Origin: Myxococcales bacterium
GTDB lineage: Bacteria; Desulfobacterota; Binatia; HRBIN30
Direction: 5' to 3'
DNA length: 64,000 nt
Assembly (NCBI GenBank): GCA_037445065.1
Contig: JBBILD010000006.1
Span: forward strand, 128,001-192,000
Positions within the stretch are counted from its first letter, which is position 1, and each line of letters starts with the position of its first letter. A program made the position numbers and the translations under genes. The notes under the pieces were generated by a model, which was not told the origin of the DNA, did not search any database, and saw only the letters and a list, made by a program, of their open reading frames with translations. Shown here in pieces: positions 20,124 through 29,770 of this stretch.

Positions 20124-20178
20124 AATTTGAAATTGAGTTCACATTCCTATTGACTGCAGGGAGCGCGAGGCGTAATCT
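20124..20178 (+). promoter_or_regulatory. Sigma70-like promoter for the diiron gene with an adjacent inverted repeat (candidate TetR operator)
   Basis: TTGACT(20150-20155)-17 bp-TAATCT(20173-20178); AATTTGAA-N6-TTCACATT at 20124-20145. Confidence 0.6.
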
Positions 20179-20215
20179 CCTGTGCCGCAAAACCTCAGCG
20201 AGGAAGGAGCGATCC

Positions 20216-21244
20216 ATGAGCCAAGCCGTGGCAGAGGTACTGCGGGAACGCCCGCAAAGCGAGCACCAGCCGAACGAGACCATGCGGGTGTCATATGACA
20301 CCACATACGTTTGGAACTACGGTTCCGTCAAGGAAGGGCTGCGCGACCTGTACGAAAAGGCCAAGCGCGAGCAGTGGAACGGTAGCACGCAGCTCAAGTG
20401 GGAGACGCCGGTAGACCCGGAGGCGGAACTCATCCCTGAACAGTACAATCCGCTCGAAGATTACGGGCCGTACAAGCGCCTTTCCCCGCGTCAGGTGCGT
20501 CACCTCCGCCACGCACAGATCTCCTGGCAGCTCTCCCAGTTCATGCACGGGGAGCAAGGCGCATTGATCGTTGCCTCCCAACTGGTGGCGGCGGCGCCGT
20601 GGACCGATGCGAAGTTTTACGCGGCAACGCAGACCATGGACGAGGCCCGGCACGTCGAGGTGTTTAGCCGCTACCTGCGCGAAAAACTGGACTGGCAGTG
20701 GCCGATCAATCCCAACCTCAAGCACCTGTTGGACCTGATTATTTCCGATGCCCGCTGGGATATGAAGTACCTGGGCATGCAAATCTTGGTCGAAGGGCTG
20801 GCCATGGCTGCGTTCTCGAACATGTACCAACTGGCGCAAGAGCCGTTGATCAAAGAACTCGTCCATTACGTCATGCGCGACGAGTCGCGGCACGTGGCTT
20901 TTGGAGTGCTTTCCCTGAAGGGCTTTTACTTGGACATGCCGGAGAATGAGCGGCGAGACCGCGAGGACTTTGTCATCGAGGCGTGCCGGCTGATGCGCGA
21001 TCGGTTGCTGGCGGAAGAGGTGACCGAGTACATCGGTTTTAACAAGCACGAAGTGCGGCAGATTGTGCTCGATTCACCCGTCATGCGTATGTTTCGGCAG
21101 GCCTTGTTCATGCGCATCGTGCCGAATATCAAAAAGCTCGGGTTGCTTACCCCCCACGTCCGGCGCGCCTTCGAGGAACTGGGGATCATTCAGTTCGAGG
21201 ACGTGGATCCCGAGGAGCAGGACCGGGCCATTGGCCTGGCTTAG
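20216..21244 (+). CDS. Ferritin-like diiron protein (AurF-like)
   Basis: HGEQGAL, DEARHVE, VEGLA, DESRHVAFG (two ExxH motifs); RBS AGGAAGGAG. Confidence 0.85.
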   Translation: MSQAVAEVLRERPQSEHQPNETMRVSYDTTYVWNYGSVKEGLRDLYEKAKREQWNGSTQLKWETPVDPEAELIPEQYNPLEDYGPYKRLSPRQVRHLRHAQISWQLSQFMHGEQGALIVASQLVAAAPWTDAKFYAATQTMDEARHVEVFSRYLREKLDWQWPINPNLKHLLDLIISDARWDMKYLGMQILVEGLAMAAFSNMYQLAQEPLIKELVHYVMRDESRHVAFGVLSLKGFYLDMPENERRDREDFVIEACRLMRDRLLAEEVTEYIGFNKHEVRQIVLDSPVMRMFRQALFMRIVPNIKKLGLLTPHVRRAFEELGIIQFEDVDPEEQDRAIGLA

Positions 21245-21271
21245 GCCAACCCCTCCCTCCCATGGCCGAAC

Positions 21272-21313
21272 GCGGGCCGGTCGTGCAGCGGCGCGGCCGG
21301 CCCGCTGTTTTCT
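21272..21313 (+). terminator. Rho-independent terminator
   Basis: 15-bp GC stem with G-U pairs, AGCG loop, TGTTTTCT tail after the diiron gene stop. Confidence 0.7.
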
Positions 21314-21618
21314 AGCCCGAGGCGTTCCGGAGGGCAGGTTGGTGCTTGGCTACTCGAGCCCGTGGCTCGCAATGCATGGCTCGTACGAAAGAAGGGCCAC
21401 TCGAGTGCGCTGGCCCTTTGCGTCGCGCCCATGCCGGGCAGACCATCCAATGAGGCTGATGACTGTGGCTCGCCGTGGCGGGAGCGCGGGCGATCGGAGA
21501 CGGGGCTACCACTGGACAACGAAGTGGCGCGGGAGAGCGAAAAAGCCGTTCGCATTCGCTTGCTGAGTACGCTAGGTTTCGGGCACTTTTTCACTCTATA
21601 CGAGGAGTTGGACTGGTT

Positions 21619-23493
21619 ATGGCAACCGCGAAGACATCACGTTCGGTGCAGCGGACCGCGGCGCAGAAGTATCGGCCGGAAGCCCACGAAGTAGCGCCCC
21701 ACCCCAGGGCAGGCGTGGAGATGACCAATGCGGATGCGATTGTGCAGGTACTCGCCGACGAGGGTGTGGATACGGTTTTCGGCTATAGTGGTGGCGCCAT
21801 TTTGCCCACGTACGACGCGATCTTTCGTTACAACGAGGCCAACAAGGATCGCGAGATCCGACTCATCGTTCCGGCGACCGAGCAAGGTGCCGGTTTCATG
21901 GCGGCGGGCTATGCCCGCTCGAGCGGCCGGGTTGGAGTGTTTATCGTGACCTCCGGTCCTGGTGCCACGAATTCAGTGACGCCGATCCGCGACTGCCAGG
22001 CTGACTCGGTGCCGGTGGTGCTGATCACGGGACAAGTGCCGCGTGTGGCCATGGGTACGGATGCGTTTCAAGAAGCACCTGTGTTCAACATCATGGCCGC
22101 CTGCGCCAAGCACGTGTTTCTCGTCACGGACGAAACAAAAGTCGAAGAAACGATCCGTACTGCCTTCCGCATTGCCCTGAGTGGGCGTCCGGGTCCGGTG
22201 GTAGTGGATATACCGCGCGATGTGCAACTGGCGAAGACCAGCTACCGCGGCCACGGGCGGTTGCGCTTACGTGGCTACGATGAACGGCTCGCTGCTCTCG
22301 AGCGTTCGACCCTGTCGCCGCGGGATGCCGAGGAGTTTTTCCGTTTGCTCGGCAATGCCGAGCGGCCCTTGCTGTACGTGGGTGGTGGGATCATCCACTC
22401 GAATGCGGCACCTGAGCTGCGCGCTTTTGTGGAGCGCTTCGGAATCCCGGTCGTCACCACCCTCATGGGTATCGGCGCCTATGACACCAGCGCCGAGCTG
22501 TCGTTACGCATGCTGGGCATGCACGGCACTGCGTACGCGAATTATGCAGTGGAAGACTGCGATTTCTTGTTCGCCGTTGGTTCCCGCTTCGATGATCGTG
22601 TGGCGGGGAAGGTCAAGGAGTTCGCGCCCCACGCCAAAATCGCACATCTGGACATTGACGCTTCGGAAATCGGCAAAGTGAAAGCGGTGGATTGGGCGCA
22701 TGTGGCCGACGCCAAACGCGGCTTGCAGCAACTATTGGAAGCCGGGCGGGACTTTAAAAAGGATTTCTCTCGCTGGCGAGCCTACATCCTCGAACTCAAA
22801 CGCAAGTATCCTCTCAATTGGAACCGAGAATCTCCCCTCATCCAGGCGGAGTACGTCCTTTCCACGCTGAACGAGCTCACCCGCGGCGAAGCGATCGTGA
22901 CCACCGGTGTGGGCCAGCACCAGATGTGGGCGGCCCAGTACTTGGATTTTCACCGCCCCCGTACTTGGTTGACCTCTGGCAGCATGGGCACGATGGGATT
23001 CGGCCTGCCGGCAGCGGTGGGTGCACAGCTTGCAAATCCGGGTGCACTGGTGATCGATGTGGACGGCGACGGCAGCTTACGGATGAACCTGGGTGAATTG
23101 GAAACCCTGACCACGTACGACATCCCGGTCAAAGTGCTGCTGCTGAACAACCTGGGCGATGGCATGGTGCGGCAGTGGCAGGACTTGTTTTACGCCAATC
23201 GGTACTCTGGCTCGGACAAGAGCTTGCACAAGAAGGACTTCGTTAAAGCTGCCGAGGCGGATGGCTTCGCCTTTGCCCGGCGCATTACGCAGATTCCTGA
23301 GGTGCGCCCGGCACTGGAGGAGTTCATTCGTTTTCCAGGACCAGCGCTGCTCGAGGTCATGATCGACCAAAAGGCCCATGTGTACCCGATGGTCGGCCCC
23401 GGAATGGGATACAAGGACATGATTACCGGGAAATTCATCCCGAGCCGGGACAAAGGGCCGAAGACGACCGAGACACCGCCGGGTTACTTTTGA
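21619..23493 (+). CDS. ilvB: Acetolactate synthase large subunit
   Basis: FGYSGGAILP, TSGPGATN, TGQVP..GTDAFQE, GMHG, GVGQHQMW, GTMGFGLP, GDGS..N TPP motif. Confidence 0.93.
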   Translation: MATAKTSRSVQRTAAQKYRPEAHEVAPHPRAGVEMTNADAIVQVLADEGVDTVFGYSGGAILPTYDAIFRYNEANKDREIRLIVPATEQGAGFMAAGYARSSGRVGVFIVTSGPGATNSVTPIRDCQADSVPVVLITGQVPRVAMGTDAFQEAPVFNIMAACAKHVFLVTDETKVEETIRTAFRIALSGRPGPVVVDIPRDVQLAKTSYRGHGRLRLRGYDERLAALERSTLSPRDAEEFFRLLGNAERPLLYVGGGIIHSNAAPELRAFVERFGIPVVTTLMGIGAYDTSAELSLRMLGMHGTAYANYAVEDCDFLFAVGSRFDDRVAGKVKEFAPHAKIAHLDIDASEIGKVKAVDWAHVADAKRGLQQLLEAGRDFKKDFSRWRAYILELKRKYPLNWNRESPLIQAEYVLSTLNELTRGEAIVTTGVGQHQMWAAQYLDFHRPRTWLTSGSMGTMGFGLPAAVGAQLANPGALVIDVDGDGSLRMNLGELETLTTYDIPVKVLLLNNLGDGMVRQWQDLFYANRYSGSDKSLHKKDFVKAAEADGFAFARRITQIPEVRPALEEFIRFPGPALLEVMIDQKAHVYPMVGPGMGYKDMITGKFIPSRDKGPKTTETPPGYF

Positions 23494-24881
23494 TCGCCGG
23501 TTGGGTTCCGCCGCTGCGCGGCGAGCCGGGCCAGCATTGTCGCGTGCACCTGTCGGGTAAGGGGGTATCTCTGCCCAGCGAGGATCGCGCACAGCAAGAA
23601 CGTCGCGGGCGCGAGGCTCGTGAGCCATAAGATCACGTGGTCTACCTCGCGATCATTGGGTGCACCGGGCTGAAACCCCACAAGCTCGAGTACGCCGAAA
23701 ACGATGGCGACTCCGAGTGCGCCGCCAAGCTTCCGCACGAAGGTAAAGAGCCCGTGGAACAGGCCCTCCCGGCGCTCCCCACTGCGCAGCTCTTCCTCGT
23801 CAATCACTTCTCCGAGCATGGACCACGGCATGACGTCTGCCGCCGCGTAGCCAACCCCGGCGATCGCCATGAGACAGAACATCAACCACACTGGGGCGTC
23901 GCGTTCGACCAAGAGTAGGCTCAGTTGCACGATCAACCAAACGGTAGCTCCCGCCGCAAAAAGCGGCATCTTGTCGGTGTTGCGCGAGACTCTGAGCCAA
24001 GCGGGAAAGGCGACGACGACCGACGCCAGAAACAGCAGCATGCCGATCTCGAAGTGGCGGGACCGCCCCAGCCAGTGAGTGAAAAACAAGATCAGTAAGG
24101 TGCTGACGGTGTCGATCGCCATGCGGCTGAAAAGAAACACCAACACCAGTTGCCGGAAGCTTGCGAGTGCGAAGGCGCTGCGCAGCCCCTTGAGAAGGCT
24201 GGTTTCATAACTCACCCGGTGCAGCTCGGGCCGCTCGAAGCTGACTTTGTAGACCGCAAACCAAGGGACTGCGAAGGCGGCCCCGAACAAACAGGCAGCG
24301 GAGAGAAAGCCCGCCGAGCCTCCGCCAAAATACTCGGCCAGCGGGCGCAGGGCGATGGCTGCGAAAACACCGAGGATGGCTCCGGCCGCACGGAAGGTGT
24401 TGAGCGAGGTGCGGTCGTCATACGTGACCGCCATTTCTGGCTGTAACGCGAGGTAGGGAATGCTGAGCACGGTCATTGCGGTAGTCAGCAAGGAGTACAT
24501 GCCGGCGTAGTAGGCGAAACGGGCCGCCTGCGATTCGAATCCTGGTTCGAGCCACAGCAGGGCAAAGCTGATCGCAAACGGCAGGGAGCCGATGAGAAAG
24601 TAGGGACGCCGGCGCCCGAGGCGCCAGCGCGTTCGGTCGGAAATGCGGCCCATGAGCGGATCGGTGATGGCATCAACGGTGCGCCCGACCAGGGGCACCA
24701 GTCCGGCCAGCGAGGGTCGCAGGCCAGCGACGTGCATGAGAAAGTAACCGGTAAAGACAAAGCTCAGCGCGTTGAGGGCAGCATTGATCGTGAAGTCCCC
24801 GCTGGCATAGACCGCTCGTCGCCAGGCAGTCAGCACGGGCACCGGCTCGGGCCGAGAGCGATGCGCGGCGGGTTGCAGCAT
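23484..24881 (-). CDS. GPH-family (MelB-like) MFS sugar:cation symporter
   Basis: DAITDPLMGRISDRTRWRLGRRRPY, IPYLAL, GERREG..G...F..KLG, YPLTR. Confidence 0.9.
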   Translation of the reverse strand: MLQPAAHRSRPEPVPVLTAWRRAVYASGDFTINAALNALSFVFTGYFLMHVAGLRPSLAGLVPLVGRTVDAITDPLMGRISDRTRWRLGRRRPYFLIGSLPFAISFALLWLEPGFESQAARFAYYAGMYSLLTTAMTVLSIPYLALQPEMAVTYDDRTSLNTFRAAGAILGVFAAIALRPLAEYFGGGSAGFLSAACLFGAAFAVPWFAVYKVSFERPELHRVSYETSLLKGLRSAFALASFRQLVLVFLFSRMAIDTVSTLLILFFTHWLGRSRHFEIGMLLFLASVVVAFPAWLRVSRNTDKMPLFAAGATVWLIVQLSLLLVERDAPVWLMFCLMAIAGVGYAAADVMPWSMLGEVIDEEELRSGERREGLFHGLFTFVRKLGGALGVAIVFGVLELVGFQPGAPNDREVDHVILWLTSLAPATFLLCAILAGQRYPLTRQVHATMLARLAAQRRNPTGDQK

Positions 24882-27800
24882 TATCCGGCTAAGGGAGAGG
24901 CCGACTGCTCCGCCCAGCGGGCAAGGAACCTGAGGCCGAGGTTCTGCGCCGCCTGGCTGAGTTCGCTGGCAGAGAAGCCGGTTCGATCGAAGTCGGCGCC
25001 AGCAACGGAACACAACAGGCGGGCGATGCTCGCGTGTAAGCTGCTCAGTTGTCCCCCCGCCCGGTGGCTCGTGATCTCTGTAAACTCCACCGCTTGCGTC
25101 GTGTCCCCGCTGCCTAAGAGCGCAGCGGTGATCACATGGCTGCCGAGAGAGAGGTTGTCGCTACCGCTCAAGAGCTGGGCGACATGGCTGCGGAGCATCG
25201 TAAGGGGGGATTGGGTCCCGAGTTTGCGCGCGGCCAGCACGGCGTAAGCGGCGTCGCGCAGCGAGCCCGCACTCGAGTCGAGGCCTGGTGCCATGTCCAA
25301 GGCCTGCTGGCACAGTTCCAACGCCGCTGCAAAGTCCCCCTCCTCGAACGCGATATGCCCTCGCAAACCCACCATCGCACTCGACACTTTCCGATTTCCG
25401 GCACGCTGGGCGATCGCCTCCGTGGCGTGGCACTCCTCCCGCGCGGCAGCAAACCGCTCGGCAAAGAAAAGCACATGAGCGCGCAGCCAGCGTGTACCAC
25501 AGTATAGGTCGGTGGCGGGATCGCGCTGGCCAGCCTCTTCGAGGAAACGGAGGGCTTGGTCCAGCGCCTGCAGGGATGCCGCGAATCTTCCATCTCGCAA
25601 GCGCATGTACGCGGCGGCGCGAGCTGCGTCGCAAACTGTATTCACCTCGAGGTGGTCTTTCTGTTGGAGAGCTTCCGCAAAAACGCCTTCCACGCGTTCC
25701 AGTGCAGCAGCGAAGTCTTCCCGATAGCCCAGTCCGAGGGCCAGTCCATCGTAGATCGCCAGCACCGCCGCGGCGCTCGGCTCGCCCCACTGCCGTGCGA
25801 TCTCAGTTGCCCGCGCGAAGATTTGGCGGTGGTCCCCGCCCGCCGCGCCGTAAATCACGTGCATGCGGGCTAGGCCTCTGACCGCCTGCAACGCAAGCCG
25901 GGCTGGCTGCTCGTTCGCCGCATGGGGCGCGGTCATTTCCCACGCCTTGCGATACAGGTCCGCAGCGACCTGGTACGAGGGTTCCTCCTCCGCGGCCTGG
26001 GCGGCACGCAGCAGGGAGCGAGCGGCGCGCGCGGGGTTGTCCGTGTGTGACGCGTGGTGGAGGAGTAGGGCGAGAGAGGAACGGTCCAGACCTTCCTGTT
26101 CTTCGAGCAACTGACTGGCTCGTTCGTGCAAGGCTTTTCGTTCTTTGAGGAGCAGTGTCGAGTACGCCACTTCTTGGGTGAGGCTCTCGCCGAAGCGGTA
26201 TTCGTCGGCAGAGAAGACAAAGCGGCGGTGCAACACACCCCGCCGCTCGAGTTCCGCCAACTGCCGGTCCACCTCGATTCCCTCCTCGGTGAGCAGGCGG
26301 GCGAGCATACCGTGCGAGAACTCCCGGCCGAGAACCGACGCCACTTGTAGGGTGCGCTTGGCGGCGGGCGGTAAGCGGTCGATGCGCGCCACGATGACCT
26401 CTTGCACCGTGCTCGGCAAAGGCAACGCAGAGGCCAAAGCGGGCAGCACACCGCCTCCCTCGGCACTGTTTTCGAGGACGGAACGGGTAAGCTCTTCGGC
26501 AAGGAAGGGGTTGCCCTCTGCCTTTTGTAAGATTTGCTCGACTGCTTCTGTAGAAAGGCGCTCGCCGCCGATGCTGCGTACAATTGTACTCACGGCTTCG
26601 CGGCTCAAAGGGCCAAGCGGTACCAGGGTTTGCACGGCTGGGCTTTGCGGCGTGAACAGGAAATCGGGGCGGTGGCTGAGCCAGAACAGCACGGGGCCCG
26701 AAGCTGCTTGCAGCGCTGCTTGCAACATTTCGAGAGAAGGGGGGTCGATCCAATGGAGGTCTTCGACAACCAAGACCACCGGGTGGCGGCGCAACTCAGC
26801 GCGCACGAGCTGCGAAACAGCCCCGAATGTGCCGAGTTTTCGTTTGCGCTCACTCAGCGGCTCCGGGAAAGACACCGGCAGCCCAAGAACCAGCTCGAGC
26901 CATGGCGTCTCAAGGAGCAGCGCCGGATCAAGTTCCTCGGCCTTCTGTTTCAGGCGGGCGCGCAAGGCCGGAGCCGGGGTGTCGGGTCCCGCCTCCAGAT
27001 AGCGGCGCAACATTTTCGCCCACGGCACATAGGGAAGAAGTTGGGTAAATGGCGAGCCACGGGTCTCGAACCAGGCCAAATCGCGCTCGGCTAAGCGCTG
27101 GCGCAATTCGAACAGCAAGCGCGACTTGCCGCTGCCCGGCCCGCCGCTGACAACTATCAGTTGGGGTACGCCCCGATCGAGCGCGGCAAAGCAGGCGAGG
27201 AGTTGATCGAGATGTGCCTCGCGGCCAACAAATGGCGTCAAGCCGTAGCCAGCGTCCAGCTCGTGGATCTCCGACCCGGAGCGAGGCGAAGAGAGGGCTC
27301 CCAGCACCTCGTATGCTTCAACTGGCTCGCTTTTCCCCTTCGCCGGAAGCGCCCCAGCCGGGCGGCAGGAGAACACCCTCCGCACTGCACGGTAGGTGGC
27401 GGCACTGATGAGGATCGCACCCGGAGGGGCCAGCGATTCCAGTCGAGCTGCTGTGTGCGTTGTGTCGCCGATGGCACTGTAGTCCGCCTTCAATTCATTG
27501 CCCACGGCACCGACAACCGCAGGTCCAGAGTGTATGCCGATCCGAGCCTGCAATCGAATGCCGCGGCGAGCCCGCAACTCGCGATCGAGGCGGCCGAGCG
27601 CCGTTTGGATCTCGAGGGCGGCAAGCACCGCCCGCTGGGCATCGTTTTCGTGTGCAAGCGGAGCACCGAACAAGGCCATGAAGCCGTCCCCGGCAAGCTG
27701 GTTCACCATCCCTTCGAAGTGGTGCACGGCACGAATGGCGATTTCCAAATATTGGTCGAGAAGTTCGCGGAAATCCTCTGGATCGAGGCGTTCGGCTAAA

Positions 27801-28144
27801 GCTGTGGAGCCGACCAGATCACAGAACATCACGGTTACTTGCTTGCGCTCGGCGCGGGCAAAGTTGGGTGCAACTGGGCTCGAATTCGACGCCGCAGCGC
27901 CCCAAGGGGGATCGATCGGCGAGCTGGTAGCGGCGGCGTCGCTGCGCGCGGCCTCGGAAATTTGCTCTGCGGCCGGTGCAGGGGGAGATGCCTCGGAGAT
28001 GGGCGAGCCGCAATCCGCGCAGAAGCGGTCCCCCGGCTCTGCCTCCGCTCCGCATCGTCCGCAGCGCAGTCCAAAAGAAGTCCCACACTGGGTGCAGAAC
28101 GGCTTTTGCCGCCGCCGCGGCGCACCGCAGGAGGGACAGTTCAT
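24881..28144 (-). CDS. Double zinc ribbon + class III adenylate/guanylate cyclase + AAA/STAND ATPase + TPR protein
   Basis: CPSCG..FCTQCG..CGRCG..FCADCG; ERKQVTVMFCDLVGST, GDGFMALFGAP, GDT; GGPGSGKSRL; EDLHW; GNPF. Confidence 0.9.
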   Translation of the reverse strand: MNCPSCGAPRRRQKPFCTQCGTSFGLRCGRCGAEAEPGDRFCADCGSPISEASPPAPAAEQISEAARSDAAATSSPIDPPWGAAASNSSPVAPNFARAERKQVTVMFCDLVGSTALAERLDPEDFRELLDQYLEIAIRAVHHFEGMVNQLAGDGFMALFGAPLAHENDAQRAVLAALEIQTALGRLDRELRARRGIRLQARIGIHSGPAVVGAVGNELKADYSAIGDTTHTAARLESLAPPGAILISAATYRAVRRVFSCRPAGALPAKGKSEPVEAYEVLGALSSPRSGSEIHELDAGYGLTPFVGREAHLDQLLACFAALDRGVPQLIVVSGGPGSGKSRLLFELRQRLAERDLAWFETRGSPFTQLLPYVPWAKMLRRYLEAGPDTPAPALRARLKQKAEELDPALLLETPWLELVLGLPVSFPEPLSERKRKLGTFGAVSQLVRAELRRHPVVLVVEDLHWIDPPSLEMLQAALQAASGPVLFWLSHRPDFLFTPQSPAVQTLVPLGPLSREAVSTIVRSIGGERLSTEAVEQILQKAEGNPFLAEELTRSVLENSAEGGGVLPALASALPLPSTVQEVIVARIDRLPPAAKRTLQVASVLGREFSHGMLARLLTEEGIEVDRQLAELERRGVLHRRFVFSADEYRFGESLTQEVAYSTLLLKERKALHERASQLLEEQEGLDRSSLALLLHHASHTDNPARAARSLLRAAQAAEEEPSYQVAADLYRKAWEMTAPHAANEQPARLALQAVRGLARMHVIYGAAGGDHRQIFARATEIARQWGEPSAAAVLAIYDGLALGLGYREDFAAALERVEGVFAEALQQKDHLEVNTVCDAARAAAYMRLRDGRFAASLQALDQALRFLEEAGQRDPATDLYCGTRWLRAHVLFFAERFAAAREECHATEAIAQRAGNRKVSSAMVGLRGHIAFEEGDFAAALELCQQALDMAPGLDSSAGSLRDAAYAVLAARKLGTQSPLTMLRSHVAQLLSGSDNLSLGSHVITAALLGSGDTTQAVEFTEITSHRAGGQLSSLHASIARLLCSVAGADFDRTGFSASELSQAAQNLGLRFLARWAEQSASPLAG

Positions 28145-28147
28145 CGC

Positions 28148-29128
28148 TCAGCTATCTCCAACGAGGCGCCCGGTGGGATCAAGCTGCCCTGCGAGTTTTT
28201 TGGCAGTCTCGCGTTCCATAAAATCAACGATTTGCCGTTCCAGATGCAGTCCGCTCGCGGCGTTGATCTGCCGCACCGCAGAAGGGCTGGTGATATTGAC
28301 CTCGGTGAGGTAGCCGCCGATTACGTCCAGCCCGGCCAGCGCGAGCCCCTCGCTGCGCAAAAAGGCACCGACCACACGTACGATTTCTTGTTCTCGCGCT
28401 GTCAGCCGGGTCGGCTCGACCCTCGCCCCCTGGTGGATGTTGGCGAGGCGGTCTAGCGCCGCCGGAATGCGGTTCACCGCCCCGATCGCTTCCCCGTCGA
28501 GAAGGAAGATGCGCTTGTCCCCGTGGCAAACTTCGGCCAAGTACGCTTGCACGACGATGGGCTCCGGCGCGTAGCGCTCAAGCATCTCTGCGAGCGCGGC
28601 CTCGAACCCCTTACGGTCGGTGATGCGGATCCCCCGGCCACTGCACTCGCTGAGTGGCTTGAGCACGACCCGCTCGAACGACTGTGCAAACGCAAGCAGG
28701 TCGCGCGCATGCCGGCTCACGCAGGTGGGCGGGCAGAAGCGAGGGAAAAGCAGCGGAAGAAGCTTTTCGCTCCACAACAGTACGCTGCTTGGACGATTGA
28801 TCACAAGCGGGCGTCTGGCCATGGCCAGGGTTTGGGCAGCAAAGCGGTAGCCCTCATCCACCGGGGGGTCTTGCCGCATGAGGATCAGGTCGAACCACTC
28901 GAGTTCTCCCTCGTATTCGCTGCTGCCAGGAACAATGGGGCGGCCGTCCGGTTCGACCGACAAGCGCCGGGCGTGGGTCAGGGCGGCGCTGCTCGTTAGC
29001 GAGAGTTCGCGCGGGAGCGCCATCCAAACTTCGTGACCCCGCCGCTCGAGTTCCTCGACCAGCAACAGCGAGGTTTCGGTTTGGAGGTTGAGTCGCTCGA
29101 GCGGATCGAGCACCACGAGCACGCGCAT
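28148..29128 (-). CDS. gshB: Glutathione synthase-like ATP-grasp ligase
   Basis: MRVLVVLDP, MRQDPPVD, SEKL, KPL..SGRG, GDKR, ANIHQG, GLDVIG.YLTEVNITSP. Confidence 0.82.
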   Translation of the reverse strand: MRVLVVLDPLERLNLQTETSLLLVEELERRGHEVWMALPRELSLTSSAALTHARRLSVEPDGRPIVPGSSEYEGELEWFDLILMRQDPPVDEGYRFAAQTLAMARRPLVINRPSSVLLWSEKLLPLLFPRFCPPTCVSRHARDLLAFAQSFERVVLKPLSECSGRGIRITDRKGFEAALAEMLERYAPEPIVVQAYLAEVCHGDKRIFLLDGEAIGAVNRIPAALDRLANIHQGARVEPTRLTAREQEIVRVVGAFLRSEGLALAGLDVIGGYLTEVNITSPSAVRQINAASGLHLERQIVDFMERETAKKLAGQLDPTGRLVGDS

Positions 29129-29340
29129 GTCCCGCACCCTAACACGCCTGCGCGCCTCCGCTACTGCGGGGGTCGTTCCCGCCCTCGGCTCGCCGAACTT
29201 GCTTGAGCACAAGGATTCAGTGCGGTAGTTTGCTGCCTCGTGTGCGTGATCTGGTTTTGTAAAACCAGCAACGAGTCGGCGGCGTTGGAGAGGCTCGCTC
29301 GAGGGGGCAACTCGCGCCGGAAGCAAGGGGGGCCGACACC

Positions 29341-29745
29341 ATGAAGCTGAGAGGGAAGGAGTTGGCCTTCATCCGTTCGCAAAGGGTGGCACGCCTAGCT
29401 ACGGTCGGACCCGGAGGAGAGCCCCATAACGTTCCCGTATGTGTGGTGGCGGTGGGCGGGAATTTGTACTTTGCCTCCGAGGCGAAGGCGCGAAAGGTGA
29501 AAAACCTCGCGGCCAACCCGCGCGCGGCTCTGGTGTTCGACGTGTATGAGGAGGACTGGAACCGGCTGGCGGGAGTGATGGTGGTTGGCCGAGCAGCGAT
29601 TCTGGAAAAGGGAACCACCTTCCACCGCATCCGCCTTGCGCTGTACCGGAAGTACCGGCAGTACAAGAAATTTGCGCCCATCGAAGAGGGAGAGTCGGTA
29701 ATCGTGGCGATTACTCCGGAGACCTCGTTCTCATGGGGGCTCTAG
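29341..29745 (+). CDS. Pyridoxamine 5'-phosphate oxidase-like (PPOX class, possibly F420-dependent) protein
   Basis: RVARLATVGPGGEPHNVPV, KVKNLAANPRAAL.FD.YEEDW, KYRQY, SWG. Confidence 0.85.
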   Translation: MKLRGKELAFIRSQRVARLATVGPGGEPHNVPVCVVAVGGNLYFASEAKARKVKNLAANPRAALVFDVYEEDWNRLAGVMVVGRAAILEKGTTFHRIRLALYRKYRQYKKFAPIEEGESVIVAITPETSFSWGL

Positions 29746-29770
29746 GGAAAACGACAGTTGGGAGGACGGT

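Noticed and set aside
21314..21618. ilvB leader peptide/attenuator
   Set aside because: No short ORF enriched in Ile/Leu/Val codons with an attenuator structure was found.
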